Of a DNA stretch of 64,000 bases, positions 1-10,063 are shown piece after piece; the stretch's first letter is position 1; each line of letters begins with the position of its first letter. Position numbers and translations under genes: made by a program. The DNA lies in the IMG/VR virus record IMGVR_UViG_3300031787_000011, one strand, 5' to 3'. The stretch is from a virus. The notes beneath the pieces were generated by a model, which worked only from the letters and a program-made list of their open reading frames with translations, did not search any database and was not told the origin of the DNA.

Positions 1-3000
1 TGCCTGCGGAAGCTGGCAAAGCTTGGCTTATAAATTTTGACACAGCAGAAGGAATCACTTCTCTTTCTGCCAATTCATCTATTATGCTAGCGTAAGCTTG
101 TTTTTCAAAAAGCTCTAACGCTCCAGAAATTGGATTAGCAAGTTTTCCGCCTGATTTTCCGAAAAAACGAGATAATAAAGCTGTAGGAATTTTAGCAAAA
201 TTAGGAACTACGTCTTTTAACCCATTAGGCTCATCTCTTTTATTTGTTACCGCTATTGGATTTCCGCCTTCATCAAAATGAGCCATGATTTGAGAGGCTG
301 GTAAGCCGCTCATTGTTTTTTCTCTTCCTATGGCATCTGATAAGCCAGCAAAATTAGGAATATATCCTCCAGCTATTAGCTTTTCTTGCCGCAATATTTT
401 TTTGCTATAGCCTAGTCTATCAAGTAATTTAAGATGCTCTGGATTATCTGTATCTAAAACTCTTGTACCAAACAGCTGAGCCGAAGAGAAGAAAACACTA
501 CTTTTATTATCAGTTATTCCTGGGAATATTTCTTCTGCATTAATTGGTTTTGATATTGATGGGCCGACTTTTCCAGTCACTAGTATGGGATAACTTTTAT
601 GCTTACCAGGGACTTTAGACGCGTATTCTCCTTGTTGCATTGAAGCTATTGAAGATCCAAATGCATAAGCTCCTTTTGGTCCTCTCGCTTTAACTCCGCC
701 AGGCGCAAAAAATTTAACTAGTCTAGGATCTTTTAATTCATTTGCTGATTTAACTAATATTTTTTTATTAAATAAATCAGAGCTTAAAATATCAATAATG
801 CTTTTTATTTCTGATCCGCTATGAGAATTTAAAATTGATTTGACATTAAATCCTCGCTCAGAAAGAGAAGCTATTATTTCTTTTGGCTTTGGATGATTAG
901 CTAAAAATTGCTGTAAAAGAGCCTCATTAGTTTTTAAATTCTCTGGTACTAGATCGTTTACAGCGGAAGGGGCGACAACTGGGATGATTATGCTTTTAGT
1001 TACTCCAGCTTTTCGACTTGCATTTTTTAAAGCCGTTGTCGGAGATGTAGATCTAACTGCGCTGGCATACCCTTTGCCTATTCTTGATGCAGAAAAACCA
1101 ATTCCTCCAAATACTTCTCTTCCGATGATTTGAACGTCTCCAGTTTTCGAAATGTTTACTCCTTTTGCTCTACCTACTTTTAATGCATCGTAATATTTTG
1201 CAGCTATTAATATTTTAGCAAAATTAGGAACATATCCACTCGCCCTTCCCTCGATGCCAGATAAAGCGGATCTTACTGTCTCTGGGCTATATTTTTCTTT
1301 ATGTACGCTATTGGATTTAAAAATAGCAGCCTGCAAACCTGCTGCGCCAGTTTCTATTTGATGTGATTTAGCAAATTCATTAGCTAATGATATCAATTTT
1401 GCCGCTTCTGTTTTGCTAGGTTTTTTGCCTCCAAGGATAGCTTGGATTACATTTGTATCTATTGGAAAGGCTGTTTTATCTTGCAATATAGCTCTAGCGT
1501 AGTGTCTAGTTTTAGCCGTGTCGTCGCTTCCTAAATCAACCCCTCTTAAAGCCTTCGACAAACCATATCTTCTGGCATCATCTCTAGTTCTTATATTTCC
1601 TTCGGCAGATACTTCACCTTTTTTGCCGAATAAACCCAAAGACGCTACATTTTTGTGCCTGCTAACTATTTTTGATGGAGCTAAATCAAAATAATCTTCT
1701 ACATTAGTAGATCTTGTTTTCATGTACCTGTTGAATATTGGAGCCGCGAATTGAGCAGCTACATAATCAGGCACAGAAGGAGAAATAGCAGAAGTTATAT
1801 TAGCGTAAATTTTAGCTTCTTGTGGGGAAAGTTTTTTGCCACTAAATTCTTCGCCATGTATATTATAAAATCCTGCGTAATCCTTTCCTTGTTCATAATG
1901 CTTTTGAAATCTAGCAAAGATTTCTTTTTTGCCGATTCTTTGGATGATGTCTTTACGTTTTGCAAAATTAGGAATATACCCAGAACTCATTCTGGGAATG
2001 TCTTGCATTTTCCTATATTTAGGAATTATCGCGGTGTCTCCTGTGCCAGCAAAGTTAGGAATAACATCCTCTTCGCTATTGACCATTACTGGCTGAGTCT
2101 TGCCTTTAATTGTCGCTTGTATTAATTTAGCTTTTGGATTTTTAGCTCCATAAGCCTTGGCCATAGCGACCTCTTCTTGAGCTCCGCCAAATGTCGGGAC
2201 ATATCCAGAAGCTCTTACTCTGCTTGGGCCGCCTCTAGCGACAACTGTAGGAATTATTCTAGCCCTTAAAGCTTCTTGCGTTTTTAGTTGTTTATTTTGC
2301 TCTCTTAAAGTTTGTAATACTGCTTGCTCCGCTGCAGCCAATGAAATGGTTCCCTTTTGTACAAGAGCAACTAATTTAGGACTTTGTGATAAAACATCAT
2401 TAACAGCTTTTTGCGAAGCTAATGATTTTTCTCCAGCGAATACTTCATCAAAATTTTTACTTACATCTTTTATAGAACTAACTCCGAATTTAACCATCTT
2501 AGCTAACAAAGTGCCTCCGATTCCCACTAGAAGAGGGATGCTACCAGTCGCTATAGTTTTTCCAAGGGCAGAGGCGGCCCCTTTAAAAAAAGACTCTCCT
2601 ACAGATTTGCCGCTTTCCTCAGATTTTCCTAAAAGATCACTTGTAGGATTTACTGCTTTTAATAATATTTCAGAAAATGAACTACCGATCCTAACTAGTG
2701 GCTCTAACAATGGCTTACCTAATGCGGCAGCAGCTTCCTGAGCTTGGTTTTTTGTTTGTTGTAATAAAGCTGATAAGCTCTTATTTAATTCTTCGTTCTT
2801 TTTCTTAGCTTCATCTGTTGCTGCGCTAGAAATTTTTAAAGCACTAGCATAAACGCTATTTGAGCTAGAAAGATCTTTAATTAAAGCGTTAACTTGGTTG
2901 ATTTGGTAAATACCACCAATTAATTCTGCTGTTCTTGATTTTTCTATCTGACTTAAATTTTTTGTAGCATCAGCGTAATTCTTAAGCACGGACAAACCAT

Positions 3001-3829
3001 CCAATAAGAATCCATTTTGATCTTTAATAGCAACACCCAACTGCTCCAACTGACTAAGAACCTCTGGTCTTTGTAGGCGAGTAAATATTGTCTTTAAAGC
3101 GTTACCAATTACAGCGCCACCACGACCAGTTATTTGTTGAGCGGCTGTAACTGTAGCTATTAGCTTGTCTATGCTGATTCCGCTTTCTTCCGCAGAGCTA
3201 CCTACACGGCTAAGAGCCTCGTTCAATTGAGCAGAGCTAACAGCAAATCTTGTATCAACAGCAATTAACTTATTGACAATGTCTGTTGAGCTTAATGCTT
3301 CCTTATTGAAGCTGTTTATCGCAGTAGTGACACCATTTACAGCATCTGCATAACTAATTCCAGATATTCTTGCTAGTGTTAAAGCATCTTCTGTTCTTCT
3401 TAATACTTCATTAGCAGACAAACCTTGTCTTGCGAATTCTTTAGCAGCTTCAGAAGCGGCTTCGAAAGGAACAGCGGCATTTCTTGCTACTTTGAATAAC
3501 GACTGAGAAAACCCTTCTAGTTGATCTCTAGATTGGCCTAAAAATGTATTTAATTCTACAAGTTGCTTATCGATTTCTATTGTAGCTCTTGCACCAGCTC
3601 TAATAGCTTCTGAAACTTTGTAGATAGCGCCAGCAGTTAAACCGAAGGCTGTAACGCGGGCTGTAGCAGCTTCCAGAGATTTCCTGAATTCCGTGACATC
3701 TCCGCTTATTCTTCCCAGTGGTTGACCAAATTTAACAGAAGACGCTCTTCTACTAATACTATCAAAAGCTAAGTCTACCTGCTTTGTATTCGGTACAAGA
3801 TTTAAATTTACGTTTACATTAGCTGGCAT
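1..3829 (-). CDS. Tape measure protein (TP901-like N-terminal domain), 3' end beyond the window; contains PNFA-bounded inserted domains
   Basis: Manual translation from ATG at 3829 (MPANVNVNLV...AAKEFARQGLS...). The frame was open wherever checked down to position 2. It lies directly after the tail chaperones and tube. It is missing from the ORF track, consistent with no stop inside the window. Confidence 0.88.
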   Translation of the reverse strand, partial: MPANVNVNLNLVPNTKQVDLAFDSISRRASSVKFGQPLGRISGDVTEFRKSLEAATARVTAFGLTAGAIYKVSEAIRAGARATIEIDKQLVELNTFLGQSRDQLEGFSQSLFKVARNAAVPFEAASEAAKEFARQGLSANEVLRRTEDALTLARISGISYADAVNGVTTAINSFNKEALSSTDIVNKLIAVDTRFAVSSAQLNEALSRVGSSAEESGISIDKLIATVTAAQQITGRGGAVIGNALKTIFTRLQRPEVLSQLEQLGVAIKDQNGFLLDGLSVLKNYADATKNLSQIEKSRTAELIGGIYQINQVNALIKDLSSSNSVYASALKISSAATDEAKKKNEELNKSLSALLQQTKNQAQEAAAALGKPLLEPLVRIGSSFSEILLKAVNPTSDLLGKSEESGKSVGESFFKGAASALGKTIATGSIPLLVGIGGTLLAKMVKFGVSSIKDVSKNFDEVFAGEKSLASQKAVNDVLSQSPKLVALVQKGTISLAAAEQAVLQTLREQNKQLKTQEALRARIIPTVVARGGPSRVRASGYVPTFGGAQEEVAMAKAYGAKNPKAKLIQATIKGKTQPVMVNSEEDVIPNFAGTGDTAIIPKYRKMQDIPRMSSGYIPNFAKRKDIIQRIGKKEIFARFQKHYEQGKDYAGFYNIHGEEFSGKKLSPQEAKIYANITSAISPSVPDYVAAQFAAPIFNRYMKTRSTNVEDYFDLAPSKIVSRHKNVASLGLFGKKGEVSAEGNIRTRDDARRYGLSKALRGVDLGSDDTAKTRHYARAILQDKTAFPIDTNVIQAILGGKKPSKTEAAKLISLANEFAKSHQIETGAAGLQAAIFKSNSVHKEKYSPETVRSALSGIEGRASGYVPNFAKILIAAKYYDALKVGRAKGVNISKTGDVQIIGREVFGGIGFSASRIGKGYASAVRSTSPTTALKNASRKAGVTKSIIIPVVAPSAVNDLVPENLKTNEALLQQFLANHPKPKEIIASLSERGFNVKSILNSHSGSEIKSIIDILSSDLFNKKILVKSANELKDPRLVKFFAPGGVKARGPKGAYAFGSSIASMQQGEYASKVPGKHKSYPILVTGKVGPSISKPINAEEIFPGITDNKSSVFFSSAQLFGTRVLDTDNPEHLKLLDRLGYSKKILRQEKLIAGGYIPNFAGLSDAIGREKTMSGLPASQIMAHFDEGGNPIAVTNKRDEPNGLKDVVPNFAKIPTALLSRFFGKSGGKLANPISGALELFEKQAYASIIDELAEREVIPSAVSKFISQALPASAG

Positions 3830-3854
3830 AACCTGTTTCCTTCAGTACATTACA

Positions 3855-4850
3855 CTATAATCCATGCATTTCGATAAAATCTTGTTTTGTGAGCTTGCCG
3901 CCTTTTTTCGCGGCTAATTCATTTAGTGTCACTGCTTTACCGCCCACCATTTTTTCTAGCTCTTCTCTTGTAGCGCCAGTATAGCCCACGCCGCTTGATT
4001 GACTTCCCGCGTTTGGCATAGAAACAGAATTTTCTACAGACTCATACCATTCTATCATCTTATCTGGATCAGAAACTACATCAGAAGGAGGGTTTGTTTG
4101 GGCTTGGTTTTCCATCAAAGACTTAAAATACTTTGCTTGAGAGAATAGATTTACTTGCAATATTGTTAAATCTCTTACATATTTACCAAAAAAATTCAAA
4201 GGACTATTATCACACAAATTAAAAAGACTCATAAAAAACGAACAAGCGCAAATTCTCTTTATTTTATCGTGAGCGAATTTTTGGTAAAAACGCGTTAAAA
4301 TAAGAACAAGATTATCTAACTCTCTATCCGATAATAAATCAAATTCTTCCTCTGAAAAAAAACGATTCTTAAATTCTTTATCGCTGTAGAAAGAAAGATA
4401 TATCACTAATTCATTTATTTTTTTGTCGGTATAGCTTTCGGCGCAGAAACCAAGCATGCTCAATTTTTCATTTTCTAATTCAGACAGTTGCTTTGTATAA
4501 TTTTTTATTTTATTCTTTGCGTCGTTGATTTGTTTTTTTATGATAAGATTTCTCAGCAACATTTCTGTATCTGAAATTTGGCGCTCTAAGTTCTCTATTT
4601 CTTTTTCTTTTTCATTAGACCATAGTTGATTTCTTATTAAAAAAGTAAGTTTCTCTTCTTTGGATTCAAGACCTTTGTCTATAGCTTCTTGGCTGAATTT
4701 TCTTCTATGCTTATCTAGCTCGCCGTTCTCTAATTCAGTGAAATGCTTAATAAAAATAGGCTTTCCTAAGTATTCATCCTCAGAAAAGCCTACAGCTATC
4801 TCTTTGTACAAGCCTTTGTAAAAGCTTATTTTTTCATAAAGATCGCTCAC
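3855..4850 (-). CDS. Putative tail assembly chaperone (second)
   Basis: 331-aa ORF between the tail tube and TMP; helical and charged; call by synteny. Confidence 0.5.
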   Translation of the reverse strand: MSDLYEKISFYKGLYKEIAVGFSEDEYLGKPIFIKHFTELENGELDKHRRKFSQEAIDKGLESKEEKLTFLIRNQLWSNEKEKEIENLERQISDTEMLLRNLIIKKQINDAKNKIKNYTKQLSELENEKLSMLGFCAESYTDKKINELVIYLSFYSDKEFKNRFFSEEEFDLLSDRELDNLVLILTRFYQKFAHDKIKRICACSFFMSLFNLCDNSPLNFFGKYVRDLTILQVNLFSQAKYFKSLMENQAQTNPPSDVVSDPDKMIEWYESVENSVSMPNAGSQSSGVGYTGATREELEKMVGGKAVTLNELAAKKGGKLTKQDFIEMHGL

Positions 4851-4856
4851 ACTATA

Positions 4857-5570
4857 TTAACCGACCAGTTCTTCTTTCGGCACTCCAGAGTTGAGCTGCC
4901 CGATAAGGAAACCACCCTTTTCAACAACCCCGCTCAAGAATTCATCTCCAGATTCTTCTATCTGGTTTAGTCTTTCAAGTTTTTGCTCGAACGAACCTTC
5001 ACCAAATAAACAAGTCTGAGACCCTTCCTCGCCCTGATAAAGAAGATTCAATACAAACCAAACATTCAAGAAATCAGAAGCTCTCTTCTCTGCTGTATTA
5101 TCAAACAAAGAATTTTGCACGTTTTCATAATCGAAAATCTTTTGGCGTAGCACTTGATACTCTGAATTTAAAGCGGCATTCTTTAATTCCTTTTCTGCGT
5201 CACTTAAACTCGAATCTTGACGAACCTTTTCTAGTTCAATTTCGATTGCTATTGCCTTGGAATAATTTTCTGCGTGCGCCTTCTTTTCTTCTTCTGATGG
5301 CAACACGCCGTCTTGCTGGAACTTGCGCAAAAGATAATTTCTAGTAACAAGACCCATCTTTATGCCTTCGGAAACCTTAACTGAATAAAATACGCTCGCC
5401 TCGTCTTGGATCTTTCTATTTGGCCTCAGAATATAAAACTTGTGCGGGACTTTCTTTTCCACCTCTTTGGTGATCTGTATTTCTTCGCCAGCAGCGTTTA
5501 CTTCTGTTGTGGTTTCTTTTACCTTTTGAGTCTTTTCGACTTCAAAACTATGTAGCCATTTTTCTTTCAT
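4857..5570 (-). CDS. Putative tail assembly chaperone
   Basis: 237-aa charged helical ORF downstream of the tail tube; synteny. Confidence 0.5.
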   Translation of the reverse strand: MKEKWLHSFEVEKTQKVKETTTEVNAAGEEIQITKEVEKKVPHKFYILRPNRKIQDEASVFYSVKVSEGIKMGLVTRNYLLRKFQQDGVLPSEEEKKAHAENYSKAIAIEIELEKVRQDSSLSDAEKELKNAALNSEYQVLRQKIFDYENVQNSLFDNTAEKRASDFLNVWFVLNLLYQGEEGSQTCLFGEGSFEQKLERLNQIEESGDEFLSGVVEKGGFLIGQLNSGVPKEELVG

Positions 5571-5573
5571 ATT

Positions 5574-5855
5574 TTATTTTAGTGAAATATTTATAGACTT
5601 AAAGCTAGTATCAATATTTCTAATTGCATCATTGCCAGCGTCTAAGATCTTTTTTCTTATGTAATTATATTTATCGTTATCGAAATAATCAACATTTTTA
5701 GCAAAATCCTCGGAAGAGTTTTCGGCTATTTTTTTTAATAGTATTTCATGATCTTGCTTCAAATCATCGATAATCTCAAAATACTTCTTATAAAGAGAAA
5801 TAATATTTCTGCTATATTGGAATTTCAAATACTCTTTTAGTTTTTCGTCGTCCAT
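5574..5855 (-). CDS. Hypothetical protein (93 aa, start MDDEKL)
   Basis: The ORF-track extension runs through a terminator and the tube gene. AAGGA and TATAAT precede the ATG at 5855. Confidence 0.7.
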   Translation of the reverse strand: MDDEKLKEYLKFQYSRNIISLYKKYFEIIDDLKQDHEILLKKIAENSSEDFAKNVDYFDNDKYNYIRKKILDAGNDAIRNIDTSFKSINISLK

Positions 5856-5897
5856 AGTCCTTTGCTGTATTATATAGAAATAATAGAAAATATAAAA

Positions 5898-5927
5898 TAA
5901 AAAACCCCCGCCGGTTAGGGCGGGGGC
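5898..5927 (-). terminator. Intrinsic terminator after the tail tube gene
   Basis: CCCCCGCC/GGCGGGGG stem followed by a T-tract on the minus strand. Confidence 0.8.
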
Positions 5928-5946
5928 TAGATCGAAAGTTTTTTTA

Positions 5947-7071
5947 TTAACCTTGCTTGAAGTGTAGCCCAGAATTCTTACCGATTTGAGCGGAGAATTC
6001 CATGGTAACAGTTTGGTTAGGTCCAATTGAAGAAGTGAAGTTTTGAGAATCCAATTTGGCGCCTTTTAGCATTACATAGGCTGTGTGAGCAGTGGCTCCT
6101 TGATAACCAACTAGCTTTAGCTCGCAGTAATACTTGGTATCGTCACCATTTGTGGTCATTAGAGTATATAGTTTATTGGAAGCAGTAGTTCCAACAATAG
6201 CATTTACGCTAAGAGTACAATTAATTGGGAAAGTGATTTCTCTAGCGAAAGCGAAAGCCTTGCCAAGTTTTCTGATTGGCTCACGGCCGATTGTCATGGC
6301 TATACTAGCGCTTTGGATCTTAAGGTCAGATTCGCTTAGACCAAACATCGGGGCATTGTCTGTGTCGCTAGTCCCTAGTTTTAAAGTAATATCGCCTGGT
6401 CTAACAGCAGATACTTCAGAGGCTGAGTCGAATAATCCAGCGCCGTCAGGGAGAGTAACTGTGCTTGATGTAGAAATATCAGCTCCATCAACTACAGCAG
6501 GATTTCCTATGTTGTAAGAACCGCCTCCTCCAGTAAATACTATGTTTTGGCCTTCTAGGGCGCAAGAAACTGTTGGAATTGCTCCTACTGAAGCTTCCAA
6601 AGACCAAGAAGTGACGAAAGCATTACCAATACCAATAATTCCTTCGACTGTGCTTGTTGACATTTTATTTGAGTCATTGGCGTCGATACCGGCATCGCTG
6701 ACAAGAACATAAACATTCTTTTGATCATAACCAGTGCCGCTAGAAATAATATAATCTAGCATGTGGTCAGCATTCGAAGAAACTCCAGTAACAGCGTCTG
6801 TTCTAAACCCTAAATGGCTTTCATTGAACCCTGTTGGCTCAAAGTAGTATGACATATCTACTGCTACGGTAGGTTCTTGCAAAATCAATCTATCAATAGC
6901 GGCCAATTCACCATATTGATTAATGTCTTGGCGGGTAATCGAAAAGTTATAATTACAACTTTGGACTCTGCGTAAGCTATGATCAGCAGCAGTGACTGTT
7001 GTTGTACCTGTTGGCGCGGCAAACAAAGCTTGGCTTTGGTAAATAACACGATTTCTTGTGGTGTTTGACAT
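5947..7071 (-). CDS. Major tail (tube) protein
   Basis: 374 aa, beta-rich (RVQSCNYNFSITRQDINQYG...LDSQNFTSSIG); strong RBS, own terminator, upstream of chaperones and TMP. Confidence 0.75.
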   Translation of the reverse strand: MSNTTRNRVIYQSQALFAAPTGTTTVTAADHSLRRVQSCNYNFSITRQDINQYGELAAIDRLILQEPTVAVDMSYYFEPTGFNESHLGFRTDAVTGVSSNADHMLDYIISSGTGYDQKNVYVLVSDAGIDANDSNKMSTSTVEGIIGIGNAFVTSWSLEASVGAIPTVSCALEGQNIVFTGGGGSYNIGNPAVVDGADISTSSTVTLPDGAGLFDSASEVSAVRPGDITLKLGTSDTDNAPMFGLSESDLKIQSASIAMTIGREPIRKLGKAFAFAREITFPINCTLSVNAIVGTTASNKLYTLMTTNGDDTKYYCELKLVGYQGATAHTAYVMLKGAKLDSQNFTSSIGPNQTVTMEFSAQIGKNSGLHFKQG

Positions 7072-7130
7072 ATGGTTTCCTTATATTCTATTGTCATTTA
7101 CACAAAATAAATGAACTATAGAAAATTATT

Positions 7131-7976
7131 TTAGTAAGCATGAGGGGCTCTTACCACCTCCAAATCGAAGTCAACAAAAGCTGCTATGATGTCTGGATTT
7201 AAGCTCTTAAATTCTGCGGAACTTGATGTTTTTACTTGCGAAACTGAAACGCTAGACATATAAACATTATCTCCTGTAGCTATGCCAGTATAATTGTATG
7301 GCACTCCAGTATAAGAACTCATTGCATTAAGATTTAAATCATTATTGCTTACTGTTCTAAAAAAGTCGTGAGCAGAATCTCTTAATACTCCGCAAGCGGC
7401 ATCAAGGGAATACATTGAATTAGACATAACTAATCCCCTAAAATAACAAGTTGTCATATCTGTGCCGCCAAATCCAAAGGGTTCATTTTGCGAATTGACA
7501 AGCCTTAAAAATATAGCTGGATAAGTTATTTCATTTACAGCTAAACCCGTAAATGTTTGCGGCTTTCTATTTTTTGGCTCCATTTTTGTGGAAAATAATA
7601 GATAGTCTTCTGATTTATCAGTTAAATAAACATTGAAATCTTTTATGGCATAATTACCACTTATTGTATTGGAGTTTTTATTTGAAGAGAATATTACTTG
7701 ACCATCGTAATGGTTTATAGCTACTAAACCACTTTGCCCGGGCGTGATAAAATTACCATCTAAGTATATTCCTGTTAATTGATTCGCTCCTGTTATAGAA
7801 GCATCGCTGACTATTTGTTTGTATGGAGCAGCATATGTGTAATACCCATTATAAGCCCCAGAAATTGGATAAAATTTAGAACTAACATTTGTATAGCCCT
7901 CGCCTCTTTTTAATATAGTGTGGTCCACATATAGCAAAAAGCTACTTGTTAAAACGTTTTGGAAATTGGCTTTCAT
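7131..7976 (-). CDS. Putative tail completion/terminator protein
   Basis: Position before the tail tube; YPAIFL motif typical of tail-terminator-like proteins. Confidence 0.5.
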   Translation of the reverse strand: MKANFQNVLTSSFLLYVDHTILKRGEGYTNVSSKFYPISGAYNGYYTYAAPYKQIVSDASITGANQLTGIYLDGNFITPGQSGLVAINHYDGQVIFSSNKNSNTISGNYAIKDFNVYLTDKSEDYLLFSTKMEPKNRKPQTFTGLAVNEITYPAIFLRLVNSQNEPFGFGGTDMTTCYFRGLVMSNSMYSLDAACGVLRDSAHDFFRTVSNNDLNLNAMSSYTGVPYNYTGIATGDNVYMSSVSVSQVKTSSSAEFKSLNPDIIAAFVDFDLEVVRAPHAY

Positions 7977-8629
7977 TATATTATATTATTTGTAAAATTA
8001 TTAGTGAAGTTACTAATAATTTTTGATATATATTTTGTTGTCTTGAAACCAGTCGGACGGTTAGACGGACCATCTGTTATTGGGCCTTTTAATTGCAAAC
8101 CTCTTTCAGAACGACCTCTTGGGTAATCAGCGTAATAAGAAACTCCAGAAATTCCTCTTTCTATTCCTTTTACCCAGTTTCTGCCGCCATTCCAACCTTG
8201 GAATTGAGCCGACTCATTAAAGTCTTCCAACTCTGGGATTTGAAATGAAACTTTTATTATTCTTGTTCTTTTCCCAGTAGCGAATTGACCTTTTTTATTT
8301 CTTGGATAATTTATAGTTAAGTCGGTGCCTTTGAATTTTATTTTTGATTTCAAAGCTGCTCTGACTGGAGAAATTGGATTAAAGCCAGCTTCAAACCCAA
8401 TAAAACCAAATAAATCTCCATAACCACCTAAAGTATTGCTAATATTTCCCTGCCCCGGATCTAATAATTCTTGGGTTACAGGATGATCATCAAAATCTTC
8501 TAAAGCTTGATTTTTTATTTCATTAAATTGTTTTTTTATTGCTCTTTCTATTTCATCTTGCACTGAAACGTTAGAAAGGGCTTCTGAAACTATATCTCCT
8601 TGTATTATTATATTTCCTATTTTCATCAC
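7976..8629 (-). CDS. Putative neck/tail-completion protein
   Basis: 217-aa ORF in the head-tail connector position. Confidence 0.4.
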   Translation of the reverse strand: MMKIGNIIIQGDIVSEALSNVSVQDEIERAIKKQFNEIKNQALEDFDDHPVTQELLDPGQGNISNTLGGYGDLFGFIGFEAGFNPISPVRAALKSKIKFKGTDLTINYPRNKKGQFATGKRTRIIKVSFQIPELEDFNESAQFQGWNGGRNWVKGIERGISGVSYYADYPRGRSERGLQLKGPITDGPSNRPTGFKTTKYISKIISNFTNNFTNNII

Positions 8630-9069
8630 CTTTCCCTTTCTAAGAAATAAGTGAAATATTGAGAAGATATATAAGGCCTCGGAGATTGAGAAGAAATAAA
8701 CTTATACATCAAATCATTGATAGTCACATAAAGAGTTTTGCCATTGTTTTGTATGAAGTCGTTGGCGTCACTTTGGATTTTTATTTCTACTTCTCCTTTA
8801 TCTATTCTATTTTCTGTTTCTTCTAGTATGTCTTGAGATTGCTTTTTATTAGAAGTAACTAAAGCAGAGAATACCCCTGTAACTGGAGTATAATTAATAT
8901 TTTCTATGTCAGATCTCTCATTATAGCCAAACATTCTTGGCTGAGCTATGTTAATAATGTCGATTTTTGCTTCTTTATAAATGACTATGTCCTGCTTGAA
9001 GGTGTCAAACAGGTTAGTCATTCCTTTTTCGAAACTAGCTTTTTGCGTGGCAGACAGTAAAGAAGCCAT
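8626..9069 (-). CDS. Putative head-closure/head-tail adaptor protein
   Basis: 147-aa beta-rich ORF; synteny; GTGTAA late motif upstream. Confidence 0.45.
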   Translation of the reverse strand: MASLLSATQKASFEKGMTNLFDTFKQDIVIYKEAKIDIINIAQPRMFGYNERSDIENINYTPVTGVFSALVTSNKKQSQDILEETENRIDKGEVEIKIQSDANDFIQNNGKTLYVTINDLMYKFISSQSPRPYISSQYFTYFLERER

Positions 9070-9112
9070 GCTTTTTATTACACTCTATCAAGAGATAATA
9101 GATAGAAATAGC

Positions 9113-10015
9113 TTAAATTTGGCCAGAAGGATCTGGGGCTACAACATCTACATGAGCAATGTCGCTAATTGTTTCTCCTGCAACATTATAAACTTTTACA
9201 GTATAATCTCCTGCGCTTGCTTCTGAGCCAGAATTTATATAATAATATTGGCTTATCTCTCCAGAAATTTCAGTTCCGTTCAAGTTCCATTGATAAGAAG
9301 GAGTTGGGTATCCAGATGCCATTACAGACATCCCAAAACTGTTTCCTGAAATTATTTGACCGCCGACTGGTTGATTAGTTATTACTGGAGCAATTGGAGG
9401 ATTTACTATCACTGCGCATCCTGAGCTAATAGCTGTTCCTAAAGAATTTGAGACTACAACATCGTAAGTTCCTGCTTGATCTAGTTGAATATTTGAAATT
9501 TGTAAACCAGCACCAGTTTCTTCTGTAAGATCAATTGCGTCTTTTCTCCACTGATAGTACAATGGTTGACCATCTACTCCAACGGAAATATAAGCTGTTT
9601 GCCCAGACCATAATGTAATTTGCCTTTGAGGCTGTATAGAAATAAATGGAGCAATAATTGGAAAAATATCAGCAGACCATGGATTTGGAGGAGTAACTAC
9701 GGGAGGAGTAATTTTATTTAAAATCTGCTGTATTGCTGCGCTTTCTTGGCTCTCCTTTTCGCCAGATGGCATGGCAGAATAAACCCAAGAAAAAACTTGA
9801 TCTTCTTTCAAATCAAGATATGGAGTAAATGGCCCTGGAGAAGAAGGAACAGAAGTCACACCATAAGTTCTGCCATAATATGGCCCACCGCTTGGACCAT
9901 TATAGTAAGCCAAACAATCCCAGTGAACATTAAATACGTAATCAGTGACGCCGCTAAATTCTGGATAGCAGTCCATTTGATTAACTTTCCATTTTAATTG
10001 GATGTCGGAGCTCAT
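9113..10015 (-). CDS. Virion protein with two C-terminal immunoglobulin-like (I-set type) domains
   Basis: Two P.I..QP...YQW...G..I....AG.Y.V.V.N..G repeats. Confidence 0.8.
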   Translation of the reverse strand: MSSDIQLKWKVNQMDCYPEFSGVTDYVFNVHWDCLAYYNGPSGGPYYGRTYGVTSVPSSPGPFTPYLDLKEDQVFSWVYSAMPSGEKESQESAAIQQILNKITPPVVTPPNPWSADIFPIIAPFISIQPQRQITLWSGQTAYISVGVDGQPLYYQWRKDAIDLTEETGAGLQISNIQLDQAGTYDVVVSNSLGTAISSGCAVIVNPPIAPVITNQPVGGQIISGNSFGMSVMASGYPTPSYQWNLNGTEISGEISQYYYINSGSEASAGDYTVKVYNVAGETISDIAHVDVVAPDPSGQI

Positions 10016-10063
10016 ATATTGTATATAAGTATCTTACACTTTAAATTCTAAATCTTTTTTATT

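Noticed and set aside
3855-5570. Programmed frameshift between the tail chaperones
   Set aside because: The two ORFs are separate with a 6-nt gap, and no convincing slippery site was seen at the junction
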